In this document: one piece after another, positions 25,012-38,984 of the stretch
Position numbering within the stretch: the stretch's first letter is position 1
Layout: every line of letters begins with the position of its first letter
NCBI RefSeq assembly: GCF_964355755.1
Contig: NC_092676.1
Span: forward strand, 17,068,871 to 17,132,870
DNA length: 64,000 bases
Direction of reading: 5' to 3'
Source of the DNA: Antedon mediterranea
Taxonomy: Eukaryota > Animalia > Echinodermata
Notes under the pieces: model-generated
What the model was told of the DNA's origin: nothing
The model's database searches: none
Seen by the model: only the letters and a program-made list of their open reading frames with translations
Translations under genes and position numbers: made by a program

Positions 25012-25241
25012 TAGACTGCATCAATAAGAATTTATAAATGCGATAAAATAAATGTTCATGATCCATAAACTACACTGTTTGCATTACAGTGTTTTAAGGT
25101 TTAAAAATAAGAAATTCATACATACAATTGATTTGTCACCACAAAAGTTAAATTTGATTAAAATAATGCAGAATAACTTTATATCCTTTTTCAATAAGCA
25201 AAAACATTATAATTGTGATAAAAAAGGCATTTTTATTACGA

Positions 25242-28200
25242 CTATTCATCGTCGTCTTGTTCCTGTTTCAGGCTTGGCGATTTGCTCAATTCCTTTATGC
25301 TGTTAGTGCCATTGTGGTTTGGGCTTCGCGAGCGTGATCTTGAACGTGATCTAGAGCGGGAACGAGAACGGCTTCTGCGGAAGAATATAAAATATAAAAC
25401 ATAGTTATATTGCTACTTGTTATTGCACGCACCATAATCATTCTCGAATCATCTTTTATTTGTTACATTACTGTAGGCCTGCGCCTTCATTTCAAAATTT
25501 AAAAAAATAATAAAAATCATTTTTAATGCAATCAATATATATATAAACAATATAAGATTGGATATTTACAATTCATTAATAAAAACCAACTAATATATAA
25601 AAATAAAAAAAAAGTATAAAAAGTCCAAAACACAAAAACAGGTACCCAACCATTTAAAGATACCGGTGTTGATAATAAAGTTCTTTGATCTATTGGTTCA
25701 CAAGCCAGTCATTTTTGATAATTTATTATTTTTATTATCAGTTAAGAGTTATCAAAACAATATAGACGATATTTATGATAACTTAATCACATAAAACTCC
25801 TAGAGAGTAGGAAGCCTTTTGCCATTTCCCCCCCCCCCCCCCCCGACTGTTATCACGATACACAATAGATTATAATAATATCCTGGATTTATAAAGCACC
25901 TAATGTTGTAAAAGGTTTGTGCAGAAAAGAGAAATCTGAACCCAAACTGATGCATGGGAATACAGTATTCCCTCGTCTCAGAATTTGTTGTTCTTTAACT
26001 AGTAGCACTGGTGTGATAAAATGTGAAGTTAATTCCAAATACAACATCTTCATCAGGAAACAAACACTTAATAGATTATCACCATCTTGAATACCAGATG
26101 ATTAACCCCAATTAAGAATATTTAAACAAGTTAAATTTCTCATTAATCCTTTACATGTTTTAAAGCCTATTAACTAAGTTGGCTTTTGTTGGTAAAGTTC
26201 AGTTTATTAAACAGATTAGAATGGTTGTGAACATTTGTATAACAATACAACTAATGACACCAACAATTGAACTGTATTCAGATCTAATCCTATTCACCCT
26301 TCATTGCTTTTATTACAATTTTATTGTAATCCAACCTTTTAAAACGTTGTTCCCGCAAAATCTTTTAAGCTGTTGAACGAATTGAACCGACAGTTGATCA
26401 ACATATTCTGTTTTTTTAGTTTCTTTTTATTTCTCTTGTGCATGCAGAAACCGTATTTCTTTCATGATGATAATACAGGGCTATTTTTCTTTATTGATAT
26501 GTTAATTAATAGTTAAGTAAACTTCGCTATATACACAATGAATTCCTGTATTTAATGTTTATGTCTAGAATTTGCAATACTGAAACTGAATTCTATATTA
26601 AAACAAAGCCAAAATTATGAAAGCTTTCCAAAATGTATCTACTTTGATTTTAGGAATTGTCATGGTGTACTGTATATCTAACATTACTAGTATAGTGTTA
26701 CTTCGTAACTTTTCTTATTCATTGGTATGCCATCAATACATTGCTACTTACTTCTTTGAATCTCTTATAGGTGACCTTGATCCTGATTTATGTGATCCAG
26801 ATCTTGACCTGGATCTCTTGCCACGAGATCTGAAACGATTAAATATTACCCATCATACTACAATAATTCATTCAAAACATATATATCATTTGTCGGATTC
26901 GATTGGGAACTTTCGTTGTCAACGTAAAGATTTGTTGAGTACTTTTTGTATTCGAATTGTAAATTTGTGCTCAACAGAAAGTCATTCGAATAGAAAACGT
27001 TGACAACGAAAGCTTTTTCGTTAAGAACAATCTCAACGCTCAAAATACTCCATTAAAGAAGTACTCAACGGAAAAAAACTACTCAACGGTCCACTCGAAT
27101 ACAACAATTTTATACAATCATAATGGATGAAATTTAACTGTATAACATCATACAGATGAGTTTTTGATCCACAAAGTTCAAAATTGCAAGCTTTTAAAGT
27201 ATACTGCATGTTTTATATAAATATAAAAATAACACAAGCACACAAAACACATTTTTTTTAAACTTTACAATGAAACAAGGGACATTCACAGCAGACAACA
27301 ATGCATAGGAACCCCCCCCCCCCCCCCCCGCAAAAAAAAACAAATATGAAATTATTTGTTTTCTTTAATTTACACTGTTCTTCCAGTGGATGACCGCGAT
27401 CACCACTCTGAATGTGATCTTTTTGAATAAAAATGTACAATGCTAGTAACCTCTAACATGTTGATCTGATACCCCTTATATAATACTATAGTAAAAATAG
27501 CCAGCTCTCCTAATACCAGGCACATTTGGGCTGGCCTATTATTTGTGGTTTTCTAAAAAGTCTGGTATTCAGAATTTTAATGGTAAAAATGGATTTTGGA
27601 TTTTTCGGAACTTGAGAAAAGTCTGGTTTTGGGAGAGTTTGCAGTTTTGTAGTGGAGGAAGTTTACAAGAAAATAACGTAGAGTAATACTGTACCTGCTT
27701 CGGCTACGGCTTCGAAATCGTCCACGACTTTGGTATCCTCGACGAGGTGATCTGGATCTGAAACAAGTTTTGCAGTGTTAGCACAAGAAAAAAGTATAAC
27801 TGTAGTATGGTCTTTAAATAGAACTTCCATAACAAGACTAGACCACTTGGTTTTTCTTCCAAAATAATTCTCTTCTTCGTCATTATTTCAACAATTACCA
27901 GCAACTGAAAAGTAGAGTACATTCTTGTAGCAGAATGTTCAGAGTTTGGAAAGGGCAGGTTTGTTTTTAATTAATAATAATTTGAATATTTTTGTCTCTA
28001 AATTTTTTTTTAATGTAATTTGTATATCTATATTTAGTAGGAATTATTTGAACCCTTTTTAACGAGATAGTGTACTTTACCTAACAGGAGTTTTGATTTT
28101 CTCTTATTGATAGTTATTTGTCAATCACACAGCACATGCGCCTACCGATAACCTTTTACTATGAAGTCTTCGCGGCGGCGCTGATGTTGTTTAGGGCGTT

Positions 28201-29982
28201 GTTTAAGAATTTGTTTGACAAAAACGAAGTCCACTTCTATGAGGATTTTCGTTGTGGGATGAGAGAGACGAATAGAGTTGACGGGGACGTTGGAACATTA
28301 GCAGACGCAACTCAATGAGGAGGAGTTGCTGGTGCAAAGCATGCTGGTGATAGGGTGAGCTGAATGTTGATTGGCTGAATCAGAAGATGGTTGCTGCTGA
28401 TTGGATAGAAGTGATCACATGATGTTTGTTGTGCTGTATTCATTGAAGAGTTAAGCCTGGAAAGTTGGCAGTAAATATATAAGGTAACCGACAAAAAAAA
28501 GAAAATACACAAGTAAACTTTAACCGTCATTTTTGCTATAGACTACTATCAGTATCATCTAAATATTACATATTTTAAGCCTATATGTGTATTAAATAAC
28601 CCAAAAAGCCCAGAAATTGTGTATAATATGTTATACAAAATCAGTTGATAAAAAAGACACTATTTTTTTTAATGAATAATTTCTAATTTGCTGCTGGTAT
28701 AGTTAATTTTCCAAAAAAATTGTTAAAAATGTTAAAATAAAATTACTACATGCATACAGTACCATTATCATATTACTATTGGTTTTGTTTCTTCTACAGC
28801 TGATAAATAAATGTAACGCTATTATTTGGAGAAAACAGATGTTAAAAACATAAAGTATTCTTAACAAAACTACCTGCTTCTGTATCGACCACTTCTACGA
28901 GGAGGACCACGCCCACCACCACCACCACCTCCACCACGCCCTCTCCGTGATCTTCCTGATGACATCTCAACTCGGATTCTCCGGTTACAAACAATTCTAG
29001 AATATGAAAATAATAATTTGAGCTTATATAGTGCACTTATACAGTACTTAATTTTGCCACCTTAAAGCTATGTCAACACTATCAAACTAGTTTGAAAAAA
29101 AAAGTATGTGCCCAAATATGGTAGTGATACAGTATGCTTAAATACGGTGGTAGTGATTATGACACCATATGGGCACATCACATCTTGTTGTCACATAAAG
29201 TTTAAAACAGAGCTTAACTAACAGTTGGTTAATTTAACACACCTCTTCCATTTTTAGAGTGTAGGAATATTAGCCATAAAAACACAAAATCTGAGATAGT
29301 AAGGAATAATCACAGTTTAAAATAAAACTTTGACCTTTTGGCCGGTTACTTAGTTTCAGAAAATGAAATTTAAAAAATAATTATACATCAAAATAATCAA
29401 AAAACATTAGAAATTACACTATAGCCTATCAGATACAGTATTTACAAGAAAAAAAAATGCTGACAATTTTAAAATTAAGAAAACATATATACAAAATTGT
29501 TATTTAAATACAGTATATTAAAAATATTAAAAATTAAAAATAAATCACAAAATAAAAGTCATTATTAAGGTAGGATATAGTTATAATGATAAGATACTTT
29601 ATATAATATAAATTTAAATGTTACACAGAAAATTTCAATTCAATATATAAAATGTAAAATTATAAGAAAGGTTCAATTTTATTCCTCTTGTAATATTTAA
29701 TTAACTGAAATCTAAAAGTTTGAAAGGAAATGTTAACTACTGTACTATCTGCATCTTAACTTACCGTCCATCGAGATTACGGCAAGCATCTCTTGCATCA
29801 TGAGGGTTATCAAATTCGACAAAGGCAAAGCCTGGTGGGTTTCTGGCTACCCAAACATTCCTTAAAGGTCCATATACACCAAATGAACGTTCTAATTCAT
29901 GTTTAGCTGCCCCAGATCCCAATTCACCAACATAAACTTTACAATCAATGGTACCAAGATCTCTATGGTGTGAGTATGACAT
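25242..29982 (-). CDS. SRSF3: Serine/arginine-rich splicing factor, SRSF3/SRSF7/RBP1 family (RRM + RS, no Zn knuckle seen)
   Basis: Coding exons 29982-29765, 28996-28874, 27757-27695, 26829-26752, 25374-25242. RRM: [10 protein letters not shown]...[30 protein letters not shown], followed by RG/RS repeats. A probable 5'UTR exon ends at the donor at 30919. Confidence 0.92.
28146..28456 (-). other. Probable poison (PTC-containing) cassette exon of the SR gene
   Basis: Acceptor tttccag| at 28456; in-frame TGA at 28314-28312; candidate donors tcg|gtagg (28146) or aag|gttat. C/A-rich and less AT-rich than the flanking intron. Confidence 0.75.
29066..29215. mobile_element. MITE family A copy, degenerate
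   Basis: 'aagctatgtcaacactatcaaactagtttg...gtgcccaaatatggtagtgat...gggcacatcacat...acagagctt'. Confidence 0.7.
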
Positions 29983-30136
29983 TATTGTTGTAAGAAACTG
30001 AAAAGAAAAATACAACTTAATAATTAATTAATTCATCAATAATTAATTATATTTTAGGCATATCAAATATGCAAATCGGACATGCATGGTGGTTGTGAAT
30101 AAATTCAAAACATGTGTTATGCGCGATTTGAACGAT

Positions 30137-30400
30137 TTGCGCAATTTGAAATTGCGCAAAAAAATCCTTGCGCAATTTGAAATTGCGCAAAGAATTCTTG
30201 CGCAATTTAAAATTGCGCAAGGATTTTTTTGCGCAATTTCAGATTGCGCAATCAACTTGCGCAATTTCAAATTGCGCAAGAAAATCTTTGCGCAATTTTA
30301 AATTGCGCTGCACAATTTGTAAATTGCGCAAGATAGTTCTTGCGCAATATGACACCTTTGCGCAATTTGAAAACGAACTGTAAATTTTCAAATTGCGCAA
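30137..30400. repeat. Array of about 15 TTGCGCAA palindromes in a roughly 30-bp period
   Basis: Repeating ttgcgcaa-tttNaaa-ttgcgcaa-N7-9 in the first intron of the SR gene. Confidence 0.95.
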
Positions 30401-32083
30401 CAAAATTCTACCAGACAACCGGTATTATAATAATTTATTGGAAACTAAATAACTCAAAATAAAACATAATAAATGCGAAGGTAACATTTATTATTACAAT
30501 TAAATAATATTATCACTGTAACTTGAAATAAATCAAAATAAATGTAAAAATTAAGTTTTTAATATTAGTTTAAGCTAGGCCATGTAACCTAGTCAGTATC
30601 AGTAGTCCAGACCCTAGCTAGGCTAGAGTAGTGAAGCCGGCCGCCCGCGCCGCGCCCGGCTGGTGGAACACCACCGCTTCGTTTTTAGGCCTATAAACAA
30701 TTATTCATTTTTGGCAGTCATTGGCATCATCCAGCTGCTGGATAAGGCTATTTGGCCTATGGTCATGATGGCTAGCTTAGCACAGACAGGTTAACAAAGG
30801 ATAAATTACAACATTAATTGAAACAAATATATCTCAAATCCTAAATACACAAAACCTTATTAAACGATGCAATGAATATAGATTGAATATATAAATAGAA
30901 AATAATATTTGTACATACCAGGATTAACCAGAATTTAGTGTTTTAAATTCACGAGATACCACGAAGATTTCCTCCAAAAATAAAATAATTGATCACACTG
31001 AGTTGCCAGGTCAACAGTTTGTCAATTTGTTTTTCTCTTTTGTTTCTACTTATTTCTTTATAATTATAAACTATTATAATATGCTACTATCAAGAGTAAT
31101 TTTTATGCATATACTACTTATAAGTTATAGTATATTTTATATTTGAAGTAATTTAATGTAATGTAAAATGTATTTAATAATTTTTAACCGGCTTATTTTA
31201 ACTCTGGCAAATTCCCCTGGCTAGGACTTAGCTAGAGGGCAGTATTACTAATTTTGAAATCACACGACGACATAGAGTAGAAGATTAAATAATTTACACG
31301 TATCCATTGTCTTCGCATTGAGAAACTTATAAGTTAGGGCCTACACTAATAATATATTGTAGTTTTTATTAATTATTTATTGTGTTGTTGCGGTACTATC
31401 TGTGTCGTACTTCATATTATAGTGTATCAAACATATAAAAAAAAGGAGAAAACAAATGAACAAAACAACTATTAATGATGTATTGTCCCCCCAAAACATG
31501 AAAAATAAAGATTAATTAAATCAGACCTTTGAATATATTATTTTGATATTAATAAAGTTAATCCCTTCCGTAAAAAAAAGAAAAAAAAAAAATGTTTTCT
31601 CATATAAAATGACAAAATAAATGGTCAAATTCAACCATGGAGTAAAGAATCTTTACTCCATGATTCAACCAAAAACCCATGGCCAATTTGAATATTTTTT
31701 TACTTTTTCAATCATACAGATTTTTCAGGTATATTATATATTTTTTCGATTGAATTTTTGTTCAAAGATAATCACTATTATGTGACATTAAAAAAAAAAA
31801 TTAAATTCATTCAAATTCAATCAAAAACTTCCAAGATAATATGATTTTACGGTACATAAGCATATCATGAATATTTATTAGATAAATGATATGCTTGAAT
31901 GCACTTCTTTGGGTAAAAAAATAACAAGACTTTTTTCAGCCACAACTACTGCATGCTTAGAGTACGTCGCGAGAGACCCGGGTTATTGTTAATAGCCCCA
32001 GTTGCAGCCAGGTAATTTGGAGGGCTAGATGGATTGGTATTAGGCCTAGCATTTATTTGTGAAGCAAATATTTAATATGCGAA

Positions 32084-32572
32084 ATGGAAGATAGTAACAT
32101 TGTCGAGGAATGGCTGCGATCCTTAGATCTTTCTCAGTACTTAGAAGCGTTTATAGATAATGGTTACGATGATTTAGAAACGTGTAAGCAAATCGGGGAG
32201 CCAGATTTAGACGCGATAGGAGTAGATGTTTCTGTGCATCGAATTGATATTCTCGAGGCCGTGAATCGTTTAAAAACAGAAGGAGGAGCCCCTGTATATT
32301 TTACTTTAGAGCCGAACCAACCGTCAAAAAATGGTTCCAATGGAAATAATGATTTTGGAAACATATTTGGAGAGGCCGGGCCGGTTGATCAAAACTGCTA
32401 CAACAGTGTTGAAGAAGAGGAAGATGTATTTGCTCAAAATGATAAAGGAGGAGGAGGGGTGGTTAGTGATACCGGCTTCATTGTCTACCCCAAAAATCAG
32501 TTGAAATTGATGATAAGTAAAACTCTTCATGAACGTAACATAAATCTGAGTCATCAACCTTTTTCCAATCCG
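32084..32572 (+). CDS. SAMD5: SAM domain-containing protein 5-like, first coding exon
   Basis: NIVEEWLRSLDLSQYLEAFIDNGYDDLETCKQIGEPDLDAIGV...ILEAVNRL...VYFTLEP...YPK.QLKLMI...I.LS..P.S matches SAMD5. The exon ends at the consensus donor CCG|GTAAGT; no downstream exon was confidently found. Confidence 0.92.
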
Positions 32573-33753
32573 GTAAGTAAAATAGCAAGTTGATAATTAT
32601 TTTACCATTTTAATTTTAATTCATTATTTAACTCACTTACTTAAAAAAAACATATTGATATATTATTAATATTGACTAAGTTTATGTTGCTCTGCTCGCG
32701 TCCACCACCATTAAATTATGTTTAATTATTTAAATGTTACTTGCTTTTATATGCAATAATATGCAATTTGAAAAATTGGGCATGGATTTTTTTCAAATTG
32801 CTCGAAAAATTAGATGTGAATTTCGCTTGTGTAATTTGATGACTTTGCACCATTTTAAAATGCATTACATACCCATGATGGGGGAATCCCCCATCGTAAA
32901 TCAGAATCCTCACAATTTTTTAAAAAATGAAAAAGATTGCTGTTTACATGGTCTTGTTTTTTTTCCTTGTTTGAAAAAATCTTACTTTTGTTCACGTTCT
33001 GCACGATTTCATCTGACTCTTGACCCCCAGATGACCCGAACAATTATGGCTTCATAATTTGAAAATAATAATGACACCCACCAAAGTGAACAAGTTTTAC
33101 TTCTTAATTGTAGATAGGGTCGAGAACCATCATCTATTTCCCATCCATGATGGCCTACTTACCGGTAATAAAAAATTCATACTACCATACCAACTGTTTA
33201 ACACTAAATATAATGATAATTTAATGGTTGTATTGTGTTTTCTATACTGACTAAATTATCACAATTAAATCATTAAATGCAGTGAGAATTAGTAATTAAA
33301 AATTAAAGTGATTAACCATATTTAAACAGTAAAACAATTATATTAACACTTGTCCATTTAAGTATACAAGGCCACCCCTTTTATAATGACTCACTTTTCA
33401 GACAATAAGCCAACAATAATGACTTGTTTTCATATTCCAAAAGAAAAACAGAAACCTAAAAGTATAGTTGAAAAGGAACCAATATGTAGGCATATTGAAT
33501 AAACTAACAATGGTGGTTTATTATCAATTATTTTATTTTTTTAAAGGAATGAATCTCATTGTAGAAAATGTATTTAAATAGCGATACATGCATTTACTTT
33601 ACGCAGAGGTCACAGAAAACATACAATGTATTGTACTATTGTTTTCTATTGTTGTGCGGTTGGCATTTTTCACATTTTCACTGCCAAGTGTAAATGATAT
33701 TAGTGGATTTCAATTTACTATGTATTTTATGTTTGTTTTGGTTTATTGATAAT

Positions 33754-34237
33754 AGGGAGGTTTCGCAACCTTACAAATACGATAACTAAAACGGATACGT
33801 CTCACATTTGTGAAACTTTGAGCTGATCCCCATTTCATTTTCGTAAAGCATATTCGTGTTGACGAATATCACCAGTCATATTCGTAACTACAACTTTTTG
33901 ATCTATTTTGCACATTTTGCATTTGATTTGAACCAGGAATGATTATAATTAATATAATTATAGATTTTATTGAAAGTAATTAACTAAACTAATTTACTAA
34001 ATTGCTAGGTCAATTTTGATAAATAGCAATAGTTTTTAAAGTCCTCACTCGCTTTGAGGCAGCCAAGCAACACGTACCTGTGGTTCGCTCAAATTTACCG
34101 CAGTCATATTTTGGACGGCGCCCTTGATATTTTGTTGCCATGCAAAACAGATTTTTACTGGGTTACGAAAACGAATACGTGTGCGTGATGTATCCGTTTT
34201 CGTTATCGTATTTTTCGTAAGATTGCGAAACCTTTCT
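33754..34237. mobile_element. Non-autonomous DNA transposon with about 50-bp TIRs and AT flanks (ISL2EU-like)
   Basis: AT|agggaggtttcgcaaccttac.aatacgataac.aaaacggatac ... gtatccgttttcgttatcgtatt..gtaagattgcgaaacctttct|AT. Confidence 0.75.
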
Positions 34238-36167
34238 ATTATTAGGGGAGGAAAACCAAATCCACCAAATAAATTGTGTAAAGTGATAGGCAACACTTAT
34301 AAAGCAATTAAATCTGTGAATTGTTCTATTCAGTTTCAATTATTGACTACACTAGATTGTTATTAGTTTGTTTTTAATTGTATATTATTAAAACTGCTTA
34401 CTGTCAATCAAATTGTTGATTTTAAGCTTGACTATTTTCAGCTACTGAATACAGCAACATGATAGAATTTAGTGCCTTTTATAAGTTTCTATTTAAAATG
34501 AGGACCATTAGATACCACATTGAAAGTTGAGAATTGACATATTGGTCATCTCCACGCATTCAATTTAAAGTTGACACTAAAATTGTAGTCCCATCATAAG
34601 GAGCAGTTTGATGTGTATGCATCATGCTTCATGCGACAATGTTCAGTGTGCACTATTTGAAAATATAATTGTCATTAGCAAGTTAAACCATATAATAAAA
34701 ATCATCTCACAAAGCAACTCCCCCCCCCCCCCCCTCCAAACCACCCACTTCTAAATCCCTTGACCCCTTATCTTATCTTAACTACTGTAGATTATTCCAG
34801 ATAACTTTACATTGATCTGATATTTGTTTAGATTTTTTCATCGTTTTTGAATGTCGGGTCTAGCCCTGCAATTAGTATAGTGAAGCGTGCACCTTTTGTA
34901 CAATAGAATATTGATAGAATAAAAAGTTCCTGTTTTGTGCTGAAACTATGGGAAGTTAATAAAGGGTTTTTGTGCCTTTCACTTTGAACTCTTTCAATCA
35001 GAGTGCAATTCATATTTTTAATTCCAAATTCAAGGGAACTTTTTAATACAGTATAGATTTTTTGTCTACTGTATGAATGTATGAAATATGTTTTATCTAT
35101 CTTGCTAAGGAATGTGCGCATTCACGAATAAAGTTCATCATCAAATGTCTACGCGGTCACTTCCATAAAACTCAACACAGTACGACGATGTTAAAGTTCT
35201 CTCGGCGCGATGCTGTCTGAGTTGGCCATAATGTTGTGGTATCTTTACACTGTTATTTAAATTGATGTTACTTTTTTGTCTGTGTACAATATAGAGATTG
35301 TCTCAAATGCATTCGGTTGGCTTGCCATGGCCCTCACTCGCAAGTTGAGGGAATGGTACAAATTCTGTTTTGCGCTTTTCATTATTCTTGTAAGAAAATC
35401 CTCAAATATTCATAAAATGATGGAATATTGTTTTCCACAAACAAATTCCTCGCACTAACAAATCTGGGTTGTCCCAACAACCTCCGGAAAGCATAATTAT
35501 TACAAACTAAAGTCGGTTGATATATTTTTAAAAATGATTAGACCATAAAGGAGAACAGTACATGTTAATACAATATGATCTGAACAAAAAACATTTGATT
35601 GATTTGGAGCAATTCAAATGTGATAGGTGTACTGTACCAATGATATTTAGAAATATGCTAGTAGTGGATGCACCCTCTCACTGATGCCTAACAGTTTGGC
35701 AAGCAAAATAAACATTAAATGTATCATCTAGTAAACATGCTTGTGATACAGTACATCTGTATTACACTTTAGCTACTTCCATATGTGAGATGCTAACCAT
35801 TTAACAACCAGACTCGAGCAGCAGGTAAAAAAAGTGAATTACAATTTACAGTTTTTTTTATTGCTGGCTAGTAAACCATCAATACATTTTGTATGCTAGT
35901 GCAAGATTTATCCAAAAATTAAAAAAAAAAAAATATATGACTTCATATTCTAGATGTCATATGCTGGTAGGTTCTGCTTCTGTATCTTATTTTAGCTGTA
36001 AAAGGGAGAAATGGCGACCAAGAACTTGCTGAATCTGCTCCTGATGCAATACCCTTATAAATACTCTTAAGTTCAAAGGGTAGTCTCAATATAAATAGGG
36101 TGTGTTAAATCTCTATTCAATATTAAATTTAACAAGTGAATAAGAAATGACCATTATGGTTATAAAT

Positions 36168-36296
36168 TGTCATCATAAGTGACCATTTTAATCTACTTTG
36201 CTGTTTGTGATTGGTCATTTGTGGTTTTGTCATCATAAGTGACCATTTAATTCTACCTTGCTGTTTGTGATTGGTCATTTGTGGTTTTTCCATCAT
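36168..36296. repeat. 60-bp tandem repeat, two copies
   Basis: 'tgtcatcataagtgaccattt...tgctgtttgtgattggtcatttgtggttt' occurs twice. Confidence 0.9.
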
Positions 36297-38911
36297 TAGT
36301 ACACAATTGATAAAAACCACAAGATTGATCCTGTTCTCATTTTAAGATTTGATGGTGTGTTTACTTTTCAATTACTGTTGTAAAATTGTACTAGACTTAT
36401 GGAAACTATTAAGTATCTTTTAAGTGTAAATTACGCAAAACAAAAGTGAAGTGTTGTCTACAGTATAAGTTCTTTCCTTTATTTCTAACATACACAGTGG
36501 GATCTGTGAGTCATGCAAACTGTAGTTGCAGTAGGCCTATGTTCAGAAATCTGTTAAGACATACAGAGTAATGCATTTGGCGTACAACTACTAAAATAAA
36601 ACAGGAAAAGATTAGTGGAATTCAGCAATTTCGCCACTGATTGTCAGCTGAAGGTGTAATATGACTTAACAACGTTTTCGATAGTCATGCATCAACAAAT
36701 TTCACCTCCAACCAATCAAATTTACTCTAGCATACCAGATGTTCGCCAAAATGTGTGACACTTCAGTTTCTAATGAAAACTTTAGAAGCCAGTCTGAACA
36801 CTTGCTCTTACAACGCTAATTATAATATGGCCTGCTCGTGATAACTCCATGGATCTGAACATACCCTTACTTGCAGCAGAATTTACCCCTGTCACCCAAT
36901 CACAAAGGTGTGCTTTCATATGTAAACATGGTCCATTGTGGTATAAAGCCCATTTTCCACTAGGTGAATCTCGCACCAGTTGAATTATGTAGCTCTGGTT
37001 GCATTGTATAGACCAAAACTTCCGATTCATGCAAATAAATATACTATACCTACACTATACCTACTGCATGTTGCATATAAAGTTTCTATCCATGCAGAGT
37101 TCTCAACTTGCTAAAATTAATTTTCAGTATAGTCATTGATAAAAAATCAATCAATCAATCAATCAAATAAACATTTATTTCTTTCATATTCATATTTGAG
37201 TAAAACATTATAATTTCTGATATTTTATATATATTAGTAGACAGAAAATGTCAGTAGTTTTTTACGCATCGCATGCACATGTTTCTGAACATGCTCGGAA
37301 TGTTTTTTCGACTTTACACTACAGTGCTTTGTAGTTTCTTGGTGAAGTCATGACAATGAAAGGCCACCAAGCTATATTTAAACGCTTTGCTTTTTCAACG
37401 CATGGGTCGATCATTGATTCGTTCATAATTGTTGCGTTTTGGATGTAGTTTTCCCAATTATATGCTTTTTATTTTTTTGTATTTCCATAGTATTTATCTT
37501 GATTTCCGTATGTCCTTAATTGGGCTGAATTGTCATAGAATTACTGATGTTTCTGTAGTTCCTCTGTGAATGTCATTGAATAGTAATATAGTGCTGGGGT
37601 ATTTTTCTACAATGCATAGTCATGCACGTACCATGGGGAGTTCTTTGAATAGGGTCTGTCATGCATACTCAGTCATGTAAATGTTGTACTGTATGCCATA
37701 AAGCCTCAATTTCATGATTGATTTGTCACTTCTTTATTTTTATTTTATTTTATTCAGTTGACAACCAACAGCGATAAAACTGCCACTAACAGGTCTTCAT
37801 CAAATCAGGTTGATTGTTGAATGTGTCCGATACTGTATAATAAATCCTCATGAATTTTAGAATTGAAACTACTATAAGTAAAATGGGAAAGTATAAACAC
37901 AGTAACTAGAAAACAACTTGTATAATACAAATTAAATTTCAATATATTTTCTATCTATCTATTGCATAATTTGAAAGCCCTTTGGGCACAACATTCTTAG
38001 AACAGTGCTTTATTAAAATTTGAGTCATTGAAATATGATAAGATACCATTAAGAAGTTAACAATGTCAGGAAATAGTAAAAACAAGATGTTTTACAGATA
38101 TGTTTTAATAGGAAATAATTAGGTGTGTTTAGGTACAGTACATTACAACGAAATATAAAGTTACGGAAGATAAAAGAAAATGTGTGATTGGCTACATTAA
38201 TCAATTAAAAACAATGTCAGGAAAGTGGAAATATTTTCTTATATCAGCTCACTTTCGGAAACTATTTTGGGATAGTGCCGTTGTTGTCTTTGTGTGCTAT
38301 GTCTTTATTTGAAATAATTATACAGTAGTAACAAGACAAAGAAACCATGTTTTCACGAAAAAGTTTTAGAAAGATGTTCAAAAATACTCTAAGGGTAAGT
38401 ACAACACTTTTAATTTAAACAGTAACTATTATTTCTTGGAGTTCTCAGCTATCACTTTTAAGAATCATTTTAACACATGGTTTCATTTATTCTCTACTAT
38501 ATTTGTCTGTTGTATAACAAGTTTATTACAGTTCCCACCATCAATTTGTAAACTAACCAGGTTTGAGATCCCAAGAGGACAACAAAATAGAAAGTGCTTG
38601 GCATTAGTTCAAAGAATACTGCTCTGAAGTACTGCCCAAATAGTGTTTAGTGTGTGCAAAAAATCCACTGAAGGATATAGGTATATATATATACTGTATA
38701 TAATTTGAAATTATGAAGATGAGGAAATCTGTGAGAAAGAGACTCGAACTCGGAGTGCTTGATATGCAGATGTCCTAACCATTAGACCACTGGGGCTTTC
38801 ATGGTATTGTTCAAACCTGAATAGATAGCGAACACATTCTAAAACACCCGGTGATGATATATTGAACATTTATAATTAATTTGAAACGCATTTGTGCGAA
38901 TGAGAAAAAGT

Positions 38912-38984
38912 CACCCCAACCGAGGTACGAACCTGGAACCTTCTGCTTGATATGCAGATGTCCTAACCATTAGAACACTGGGGC
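38912..38984 (-). pseudogene. tRNA-like unit (pseudo-tRNA or tRNA-derived repeat), anticodon position ATC; partial second copy at about 38742-38796
   Basis: GCCCCAG/TTGGGGT acceptor stem, TCTGC-ATATCAA-GCAGA anticodon arm, GGTTCGTACC B box, followed by CTTTTT. Confidence 0.6.

Noticed and set aside
27375-27408. Possible additional small exon in the SR gene
   Set aside because: GC-richer patch with a plausible acceptor, but I could not find a donor that keeps the frame. It could be a minor alternative exon, but support is insufficient.
30043-30383. Three overlapping repetitive ORFs
   Set aside because: Artefacts of the TTGCGCAA array.
37758-37808. Candidate SAMD5-like exon 2 after a pyrimidine tract
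   Set aside because: Weak donor and no recognisable homology.
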